This document shows positions 27,998 through 39,900 of a stretch of DNA of 64,000 nucleotides, one piece after another (position 1 is the first letter of the stretch; the number at the start of each line of letters is the position of its first letter). The position numbers and the translations under genes were made by a program. The stretch covers positions 16,368,001 through 16,432,000 of the forward strand of contig NC_087245.1 in NCBI RefSeq assembly GCF_037042905.1. Direction: 5' to 3'. The DNA is from Lytechinus pictus. Taxonomy: Eukaryota. The notes under the pieces are model-generated. The model had not been told where the DNA came from and searched no databases. It was given only the letters and a program-made list of their open reading frames with translations.

Positions 27998-30900
27998 CTG
28001 CATTAAAAATATACAAAGGCAAAAAAAGATATGTATTTATGAGGAGAGGTTGACCACTAAGGACAAGGTTCTTATTTTTAATGAGGAAAAATATGAAAGA
28101 TTTGTGAAGAGAAAAAGTGTAAGAGGGACCTGTTTGATGAAAGAGACAGACAGCCAGCCAGAGATACGAACAGAGAGAGAACCCTGAAGATATATAATGC
28201 ACAGAAACTCTGACCATACGATTCACAAACTTTTCATTGAGATAAGCTAGAGTGTACTTCAGTATTCTATAAGAATCACGGAAACATGGTCTATCACCAA
28301 GTTCAATTTATGTGAACCCCTAACAGGTACCAGCCCTAGCAGTAAGTAACTTGCCCATCAAGAGGGCAAGTTCTTATTTGTTTTTTTAATTGCCTTAGAA
28401 CCGCTGTCGGTAATAGGGGAATTATGTGGGCAGTAAGGCAGTTGATGTAAGAATCCAAGGCAATCAGCTTCATAACCTTGGATTAATGCAAACCCTGATA
28501 GGTACTTACGTAACGATAGCAGGTGTTGAACTCAACTCGTCCGGTTCTGTTTCTGCAAAGATTTTCTTGACATCCCAAAGCTTGACGCAGTTATCAAGAC
28601 CACCTGAACAATAAAAGGAAAAAAAGGTGGTATATGAACAATTGCACTCACTACCTTAAAGGGATGGTCCGGGCTGAAAGTATTTATAGCTTAATAAATA
28701 GAGTAGAATTCACTGAGCAAAATGCAGAAAATTTCATCAAAATCGGATAACAAATAACAAAGTTATTGAATTTTAAAGTTTAGCAATATTTTGTGAAAAC
28801 AGTCGTCATGAATATTCATTAGGTGGGCTGATGATGTCACATCCCCACTTGTTCTTTTGTATTTTATTATATGAAATTATATTTATTCAAATTTTTTCCT
28901 CCAAGAACTAGAAAAATTGGATTGACAACTGATCTAGTGCATTAGATATTTATTGCTGCAACTTATTTCATTATAAGGGAGACATATTATTCACAGAAGT
29001 ATGAAATAGTAAAAAAAATATGATTTTATGTAATAACATAAGAAAACAGAAAGTGGGGATGTGACATCATCAGCCCACCTAATGAATATTCATGACGACT
29101 GTTTTCACAAAATATTGCTAAACTGTAAACTTCAATAACTTTATTATTTGTTATCCGATTTTGATGAAATTTTCGGCATTTTGCTCAGTGAATTCTACTC
29201 TATTTATTAAGCTATAAATACATGTACTTTCAGCCTGGACCATCCCTTTAAGCCATGGGTTATCATAACTATTAAACATAGATTTGAACTATTTATTTGA
29301 TTTTAGAAGAGTTTACCCATAAAACACTTTGTCCAACATTTGTTAGGATTATATTTTTATTTTGTCTATTTTCATTCACGCAAAATTGGCAAGCTGACAT
29401 GTTGCCAGTTTAGCTCTTCAAAACACATGGATAGTTATTACGAGAGAATTACTCCATATCTGGGTATTTCCCTAAAGATTGATTTCTCAGAATAAAATGA
29501 AATATTTAACAGATGATTATTGCACAAAGAATAACTGTATGAGAAGCATGCACTTGAATCCCCTTAATTACTTTTATTATATTTAACATATTCTCAATGA
29601 TTATTGCAATCTTATTTTACCTTACACCTTTAGTGAAACACCCCCCCTCGTTTCAACTTACCTGAGGCTAAAACATTGCCATCTTGACAGAAGCTAAGTG
29701 AGTAGATTGGTGCCGTGTGATCGTTAAGTTCTCTGATGAGGTTGCCGTGGCGTAGTTCCCATAGTAACACTCTTTTGTCTTCTCCCGTTGATGCCATGTA
29801 GTGACCGTTGGGTGAGAAAATGATATTGTGGATTGGACCCTGAAGAAAAAAAAAAAGAACAGGGTAAAAGTCATCCCAAACAAAAAGAATCTCTTGTGAA
29901 GATGAATGTACATAATGAGAATTTTTGCTCTGTTACGTAGCCATACTTAATGAACCATTTAGGATAATTTGCTTATGAAAGTCATTATAAAGACTGTTAC
30001 AAATATTGATAGGTGTTATTATTATCATTATTACAGAAATGGAGGAATTTCTTTGGGAAGTAATTGTTTTGATGGATCCTCATAAAAGAAAATTCACTGC
30101 AAACTCAATCCTAATTATGTGTACAAAATTATGTACAACTCTCTAGCATGTTTTCAATTTTATGGACCATCAATAACAATAATGCAGTCCATATCAAAGT
30201 CACATTGAGTAACTCTACCAGGCATAAACAGTTTCTAATCATATGTCAACTTTCAAGTTATTTTAATCCATCTGGGGGGGGGGGGATTTCACAAAGATTT
30301 AAGTGTGACTTAGAGTCACACTTAAATGCCTTATTCATTTACCTTATGTCCTGTCATTACTCTAACACATTTCCCTGTGTTCATGTCCCATAGCCTGATA
30401 GTCTTATCACTAGAACCAGTGGCAATGTAGTTGGAGTTGGGATGAAACCTCACAGTCTGCAAAGGAATGAAATACATGAGCTGTTCTAGAAAGCATTGTA
30501 AAAGACTTGCAATCATTAGCAATCAAAAGTAAGTCAAAACTTCATTGCAACGATATATCCGATTGTAACCTTTCATTAAGCTGATGGTCTGCCTCTTGAA
30601 ACAAAAACTTATGAACTGGCTTGCTAATTTCTACAAAGAGTTGAATCAATTGCATTTTGAATTGTTAGTGATTAGTGTTTGAGAACATATTCATAGAAAA
30701 TTGTCCTATGGTATAAAAGCAACTCTAAATTGTACACAAGTATATATATTTTCCCCACATATGGTTCAATTCAGATAAATCAGGTATAATTAAGACTAGA
30801 GAATGGTCTTAATATCATAACAAAAAGGGATAGAAGTACATTAATTCACTATCATCTTTACAGTTAAGGAGTATAATTATACAGCTCCCAGCATCTTGAG

Positions 30901-33900
30901 GAATAACAATTCTGTGATAAGATACTCACATCTACATCTGAAAGATGTCCAGCAAATATCCTGAGAGGTTGGTGATACTCTGTAGCCCACAGTCTGGCTG
31001 TCTTATCCTTACTCCCTGAAGCAAAGTAATGACCAAATGGTCTAAAATTCACAAAAGGAGAAATAAATGAACAGTCAAAAAGGAAATTAAATGCTTTCAG
31101 TCAGCCTTGCAAGTCAGACTTGGTACAGTAAAAAATACTATGAGTATACACTAGGGTGGATCAACGATTTCATAAACAAAATCATCACAAGCCCCCCCCC
31201 CCTCTGCCTACAATTTTAAGATTCCTCCATAAACCAACTGTTATTTATTTTGCAACATGACTTAAGAGGAAGATTGTTCTTTTTACAACTTGTAGAAAGT
31301 CACTTGAACGAACCTATGTTTCAAATCAAGTAGAAAAACATAGGTTTTTGAGACCAGACTGGAGTAGGTGCAAACGCTCTACTTGTTCATGATACAGGTT
31401 CGTTCAAGTGACTTTCTATGAGTTGTGAAAACGAATCTTTAAAAAAGCCAAACATGAATAGTTGTATGTGATGCATTTCATGAGGATTCTAAAAGAACCA
31501 ACTCAACCAAGGCTGTTAAAAATCACTTGAATGTTACAGGTATCCACATTGGTATGATACAGTTTAATAACGTTGATTGGTCATATTCCTCAAATGGAAA
31601 GTTCCCCACAATGGCATGTCAGACAAAGAAGCTAATTCCCTGGTATGCGACCCGACTGGGGTAGGTGCAGATGCTCTACTTGTTCAAGATACAGTCTATG
31701 AATAACCAGTTAACCACATTCCTCAAATGTAACACTTACCCAAACTGGACATCCCAGACAGGGAAGTTATGTCCCCGGTAAGCAACCAGACTAGAGTAGG
31801 TGTACATGCTCCAAAGCTTGATGGTGGTGTCTTCAGATGAAGAGAGGAGAAACTTCCTATCAGGACTGAAGCTGGTAGAATACACGGGTCCGCTATGTCC
31901 CAACAGGACTCTTTGATCAGTAGCAGTGCTGAAAAATACACAAGAACATATTGAAATATTCCTGTCTATAATGTATTTCATTAAATTATATCAATTAGAC
32001 AGATTTTGCCTTAAAAATATGTAGGCCTACTATTAATTTGTAACAAGTATTAAACCACATTTCATTTATTTCATGAAATGTATGGAAAATAAATATATTA
32101 ATTCTTTATTCATATTCCCACTTTCCATAGCAAGAAAAATACACATACTTGAGCATGAATGAATGTCAGAAGTCTTCGATTTTCCCCCGACTTAAAAGAG
32201 CAGATGAACATGCATTGCCAATGACGGGTCAACCTTGTGTGATCAAGCAAAACTCTCAGAACTAGTGTGCTGATTTACTTAGATGCAGACATGAACTCAC
32301 TGCATATCATACACACAGAACCATCCTGGGGAGGAATTTACTGAACCATAGATTATCTCCAATTGATATCCTCCCCCCGACCCCTCCCAAAAAGACACAT
32401 ACCTTTTCAACTTTTTGCTTTCTAGACTTATTTATTCTTAAATCACAGTTTTCTCCAAAAATTTGCTTATTACCCTTATGGACAATTAGATGAAATATGT
32501 ACATCCGACCCCCTTCATGTGGGTCCATTCTGAACTGATTTGCTACTATTTTCTGGTTCGTATGAACTGTTGTAGTATTCTAAAAGTATTACAAATTAGG
32601 CAGATCATAAGAATAAGTGAGATCGGAGAAAAATGAAAGTCGGAAATACAAAATGGGTAATTTTACTGCCCCTATATGTACCTGTCATCCATGATTCTCT
32701 CCAAGATATCATCAGATTCAGCGTCTATCTCTTTCAATGCTCCAGCTTGTTTGACTTTCCTTAGCTTCTGAGGTGTTAACGTCCATACTTTGATGAGAGA
32801 ATCTGAGAAACCTGCTGCTAGCAGACCTGAATCATTGCTCACATCAACCGAGATCAGCCGACTGTAATGGTGAAAATGGGAGATAAGTGTGAATAAAAGC
32901 CTGGTTAAAGAAATTTTTAAATTTTAATTTTAATGATATTTTTTGTCTAGATTTAGAAGAGATGCATGCCATTTAAAAAATGAGTGTTGTTGAAGTGATG
33001 TGCAGGAAACCATAATGTAACCAATAAGTGAACATGCCTTCAAAATATTTGTGTATCTCGCTCTCTCTGTTCACTTTTACCTATGAGTTACATTATAGTT
33101 CATCAGGTTTGTTCTGTATTTTTACATTCCAGTGAGGTGAAGTAAGTCCACAATTACGATTCCATAAAGTGTGACAATTAGATTAAATACTTGCAGTTGG
33201 CTTTGCAACACTGAATTAGAATTGCTAGTGACTGGAAAGGTTTTGCTGAAAAAATTGTGATGAATGCCAGCTAATCTAGGCTGCTGGTCACATTTGTATA
33301 GCAGATAGCACATGTCTTTGGCAAGTCAAGAAATAAAGAGTAATGGTTGATTGTAGAATAATAATAATAGCTGGAATTATATAGCGCTTTTTGCCTGAGG
33401 ATACAAAGTGCTTGCTATTATTACCACGGCTTTAGCTCGAGCTACCATCACCGGCGCTCAGTGCATGCAAGGAAAGGTGAGAGTCAGAACCACTAGACCA
33501 CGACGCACCCACAATCAAATGTATCTCTGCAAGATTGTTTCATAAGACTTTTTTCTCCATCATCAAACTACATGTAAATCATCCATTCTAAGAATACATG
33601 CACCAGCACCCGCTACAACATGAATTAAGAATATTCAAGTACAAAAACATTAGGCAGTGGTAATGTTAACAAACCTTTGTGCAGCATTGAGGAATGTATA
33701 GAAGCAGATAGATGGCAAGTTATCTGGCCCTAGATGGACTCGTTTTGAGAGCTCTCTCTGTGCATTCAATCTCTCTAGTTTGTCAGCATCTTTCCTGTAC
33801 AAGTTCAGATAAAATTCATATTTAATAATCCTACTTAAGATACTCTTGAAATCGAGATAGCATAACAAGAGCAGCTATTTTCCCCCCTTTCTAAATCTTC

Positions 33901-36900
33901 ATACATGGTTACTTACAGGAGCCTTGTTTGATGTTTCTCATAATTCAATTGCATGTTTTGTTTTCAACTAATCCTAAAAAGGCTGCCCTTTCAAATATTG
34001 ATTGTAACTAGTTATCTATAAGTATATCTGTGATAATTGACATTGGCTTCATCTAAAACAGGGTAAGTTCTTGCATCAATATTTGTCCACAACAATAAAC
34101 AGGATGTGCTTTAATCAAGTTGCCAACTTTACAAGTCATTGAGTCCTTTTATACAAAAGCTATTGATTTCTAATCTCCTTTTTGTTGCCTCTGCACAATA
34201 GTGGGACAGCCAGAAGGCTTTGAATGGCTGGCAAACTGTAAAAACCTTGCAAAGTGTGTTAGGATCCTTCCAGTGATAATTATTACATTGTAAAACTGAT
34301 AATCTGTTTTAGATTTCTTTCAACTAAAACTTCAGTTCTGGCTAAAATGAAAGAAAGAAAACTCTGAGTAGAGTCATAATTCATGAGTTGATATGATAAT
34401 GATATGTGGGAATAATGGATTTTTGACAGTTCTGGCTACTTTGTAGAGGTTTTTGTAGCCAGAACAGCAACACACGAAGTCTTCCTGTGATAGGCACCTG
34501 GGGCATGTTGCAGCGAGGATTGTATTTAAGCGCATTGAAAAAAAAAAAAAAGTCCTATATACCTGTACAGTAGGCACCTCTGACTGGATGACAATCAAGT
34601 TGCATTTTATTATCGGACTTGGGTTTGATTGCAACTCTTTATGCAATGGGCTCCTAAAAATGTTGTATAACCTTACCTGTCAATAATAAACTTCTAGCAT
34701 AAATGTCACTATGAAATCTGAAGGTAATGTTATTAAAGGAGAATGAAACTCTTGGAGCAAGTTAGCTTTTGTGAAAGCAGAAAAATCAAAGAATAAGATC
34801 AACAAAACTTTGAGTAAAATAGGACTAGCAATAAAAGAGTTATGAACATTTGAATGTCGAGATCACTAATGCTATGGAGATCCTCCCATCGGCAATGCGA
34901 CCAAGATCTGTGATGTCACACACGTACAACTCTCCCATTTGGACACTGAAAATATACCCCAAAACATATCTTTTTGCTAATTCTAATCATATGACAAACG
35001 ATTCATCAATGATATAATGTTGTGAAACCTCTGTACTTGTCATCTCATAAAGAGAACACCTCACCTTGTGATAGACTCTATAAAAGTGAGAATATACGTG
35101 AAATAAGTACTAAAGTAATGAGGGAGTTGTACGTGTGTGATATCACAGATCTTGGTCGCATTGCCGATGGGAGGATCTACATGGCACTAGTGATCTCAAT
35201 ATTCAAATGCTCATAACTTTCTTATTATTCATTGAATCTTCCTCAAACTTTCAACAATATGTTTCTTTGATTTTTTTCTTTGATATGGATTCAGCTGGTT
35301 TCAAGGGTTTCATTCTCCTTTAATGTTTTTGAAAACATAATATGCTCCCTCTGAATTTTGTGATCCTACTCACAATTCTGGAAGTGGTATTCTGGTCTGA
35401 GGGGGGGCATTAGGATCTGGTTTGTTCTTCTTGGATGCTTGGGGATCCTTCTTGGGCTTCTTTTTCTATCAGGTAAAGAGCAAGAACACATTACACTCTT
35501 ATAAGTAATTGGCAATACTTTTACAAAAATGTATGGGAGTGAGCCATCTTAACAGTAGATGAATAATAACTGACTAGAATATGATAAGATACATGTATGA
35601 GTTGTTTCACCAATTTAGATTTAATTTGTTTCCATTATCTATTCCATTCTCTATGTTTGACAGCATTTTCATCTTTTATTGTAAGGAACTTGAAATAACT
35701 GTTATTTGTTTTGATTCATCAAAAAATCCCATCAGATTTTTTTTCAAGGGAAACTTTAAATTGGATGGAAAAAGTGAAAAGTTGTCATCCACTTTAAAAT
35801 ATCAATATAAAAGAAACTGACCTTATTAAAACTACTCTTAATCATGATTTTGAGCTATTCCCCTTCCCCAAATTTAACTATATTATTACCCTTTTTACAC
35901 ACGCTAAATTTTCCTTAACCCCGTACTATAGGTGGGGCTAAATTGCCATTTAGCCCCACCTATAGTACGGGGTTAAGCTTAGCCCACTTTCTTTTTACAC
36001 AGCATTTTTGCAAAGTGGGCTAACCCCACCTTTAGTACGGGATTATTTGGCCCTGCAAAAAAGCAGGGTTATCCCAGCAATTGCGGTGCTAAGAGCGATA
36101 GTACGGGGTTAAGATCGCTAGTGTAAAACGAAAGTGGGCTAAGCTTAACCCCGTACTATAGGTGGGGCTAAATGGCAATTTAGCTCCACCTATAGTACGG
36201 GGTTAAGGACATTTTAGCGTGTGTAAAAAGGTACGAGTGAAGTACTTGTACTACGAATGATCGACAAAAACCACTAGTCCGGGGTTAGCGAGTTTCGTGT
36301 GTGAAAAGCAAGCATTTCTTGTCTGGGGTTAGCGATAACAATTTGGCATGTGTGAAAAGGAAAACAAATAGTACGGGGTTAAGGATAGTACGGGGTTAGC
36401 GATAGTCCGGGGTTAAGAAAATCCTGTGTAAAAAGGGTATTAGACAATTAAGCTTCATGAAAAAAATGAAAAAGCCATATTTTCTTGTTCAATATACAAA
36501 TCTGAAATAGAAATTCCTTTCAACCAATTGATAGTTGGCCTGGCAGCCACTGTGCAGCGCCAGATCAACCAGTCTCACAATCGCAAAAAATATACATTTA
36601 GGTATTTTCTAGATGGTGGTTGAATATGCAAAGTACCTTTGGTTTATCTTCTCCTTCACCGCCTTCATCATCTTCATCAATCTGAATGTTAATATCAGGC
36701 TCCTTCAATAGACCGTAGTAGATCTTGCCTTTATTAGCTGCATGATATACAAACAAGTAATGGAATCACAATTGTTTTGGTTTTCATCAAGGTTCATATA
36801 CATGTAGTTCTCAAATCATGTTATAAAAGAAGTATGGTGATTTGGTAACTTGATAATGCATGATTTCTTGGGAAGCTCGAGACATAAAACATATATTAAT

Positions 36901-39900
36901 TTCAAGTAAGATATTTCAATTTAAATAAAAGTCTGGTAGCACTATTGCGATATACTATGTAAGCATCAAATTAATGCATTACCCATGTCCTGTTAGACAA
37001 GACACCACCTTTATTCCATTATAGAAATCAAAATAATGAGTCATAAAATTTGAATATGTGAATAGGATTATTGTGATAATTGGCTGGATTTTTAACATAT
37101 TAATCTTAATCCACAATTCCTTGTCTGAATAGCTAGAGCATATGCACTTTTGTACAACAGATCATTAGATAAGAGAACTGTGCACCAACAAAACACATTC
37201 TGGATGATGTGTATCATGGCATAGCTGATTTTGTGTACTTGAGATTCATTATAATTAATCCTTATAAGGCATGGATCAGAATGCTTCAAGATAAACTGTA
37301 TGGTTTACCTTCTCTCTTTGCTTCTCCAACAATACTCCCAGCCTTAGAATCAATCTGCTGCTTATTCCTAGGAACTCCATCAAATACTGAAATACCAACA
37401 CAAAATAGAGTGATGCATGATTATTGCATGCACAAAAAGTATTAAATGTAAACAAATATTATATGCATTATTATAAATATGATAATTATTATTATATCCT
37501 ACATAGATTGAATCCTGTATGCTAATTGGTTCAAATAGCATCATGTGATCAAACATATTCTCACTATTTTGCGATGATGTCGAAAATGAAACGCCCACCG
37601 AAGAAAATGTGCTATTCCGTGACGTCAATGGTGGAATAGTCGACTATTCCATCATTGACGTCACATATCATGATGGCGCAAGCACTAATACGCATTCTGC
37701 GCACTGAGCGCGTAGCTAAGCGCTTCAGGAAAAGTAGGTCAGTAAGCGCAGCTGGTTTGATTCAGATTTTAAAAAGGGTGAACTTAGAGTACAATCTGAA
37801 CTAGATTATCAAGAAAGTTTCTATAACTTATTAAAGTAGGATATAAAACAAATATACCAGGCCTTTATTTCGAAAGTATAGAGGGAATTATTCATCCTCG
37901 GTTGTACTGGCATAATCACTATATTTTCCTCGGGGCTTCGCCCCTCGGGAAAAAATAGTAATGCCAGTCCAATCTCGGATTAATAATTCCCGCTATACTT
38001 ACTCAAAGCCTGGTATATTTGTATACTAGAACACACAATAAACAGTTTCTGGTAATCATGTTTATTAAATGTCAAAATGTGAGGGTCAAGTAAGGTCATA
38101 CACTTTTCATGGTTTGAAATGATGTGCCCACTCTCATATTACAAGCCAAAAAAGATACTCTTAGCGCTTTTCATGAAGATTGCTATCAAATAATTGACCA
38201 CAACTCCATGAAAAGCTTGTCCTCATGTATCAAATTAAGAGATTCTCTCCTTCATTTATTTACCCGACTTCCTCACATTCTGTTTTATTTCAAAAGAGTC
38301 TCTTCATCAATTTATGGCAAGATACATATCATTAACTAAGAAGTATTTTTGCTCTTTCAAACACACTTTAAAAGAAAGTAGAATTTGCAACTTATTTGTT
38401 AATTTCTGCTGGAAGATCACATTTAAAAGAACTCACCATCAATATAGAGATGTTCCTCAAGAATATTCAATACTGTGTTGTTCTGTTTGTCTTGTAGATA
38501 TCGCTTCAGTGCACTGTAGGAATCTCTGGACATCCGAATCACATATTTACTAGTTCTGCAAAAGGAACATCACATGGGACTACCATTATGCTCAGAAAGC
38601 ATTGGCATGCATACACATTTAAAGTGTTTCTTTATTTGATTATCAAAATGCTAATTGCCACGCTATAAACTCTCTTTCTTGGCAGGCCAATCCATGTTTC
38701 AAACTCTGATATTTTTACCATCACTTTGAGTTAGTCTATTTTACTTCAATCAACTCAAACAAGAGGGGGTGGGGAGGAGGGGTGGGGGTCCAGCTCCTAT
38801 AAAAATAAACTTGTTTCCCCCCCCCCCCCTTCTGATGGTTCCTGCCCCAATTTACAAGGGTTGACCTCGACTGGGATATGGCACTTCCCTTTTCACAAGA
38901 AATACCTACACATCTAGCATGGGATACACCCTTTTTATCTCAAAATCTTTGCCAATGCCCTATTTTTCATACGCTAAAATTCCCAAGTTTTTAAGGGGTT
39001 TAGATTTAAATTCTTGCCCTCATACACCTGTAAATAAAATGCAATATTCAAATAAATATCCCTATTATGGGTACCCTATTCTGCCAGACTTGGGCACCAA
39101 GTTTTTACATTCAAAATCAGAATGTTAAAATAAAAAAACTTAGTTACCTGAAATTCATCATGATTTCACTATGTCTCATGTGATCTTTCTTAGTGACAGC
39201 AGAGAGTTTGATAAGATCTTCTTCGTGGTAGCTTTCCTGTTCATCACTAAACCCACTGAAGAATACGACAGCTACAAAGAATACAAAACAAGGTAAACTA
39301 GTGACTTGAAAATTGGGATTTCCAAGAAGTGGTATAATCACTGTCCATGATTTCCAATAAAACATTAAAGGGCATCGCTTTTCATGTCTATTTATAATCA
39401 ATGATGTACTGCAGTGAATGATGATGAATACAAATGTAGGTTTATACCTTTTATCAGAAAGATAATTACAATATGAATAAAACTAGGGTGACAAAAAATT
39501 AATTAATTAATTCTGTACATACCATATCATAAATCACATTAAATGATAATTTGATTAATGAGCTCATTCCATTTTGTTATTCTTTTGAGTAGATGTGTAA
39601 CCGCTTATCAAATAAAGCTGAATATGAATGAATAACTACATTAAAAGTTAAATACAGTTCTTACCTTGGTTATCATGATCATTATAGACAAGCTCTAGGT
39701 ACATGTGAACAAACACAGGATAAAGGATCTGGGCTAGTTCACACTGTAAGAAATAAAAATAAATAAAGTATAAATCAGCCATTGTTGTGACTCGCGTGAC
39801 ATTTACACAAAATTTCATCGTTTTAAGGTTAATTACTTGAAAATCATATATTGCAGACTTGTTTTTCCTAGTTATTTCAATCAAAGTATTGATAATACAC

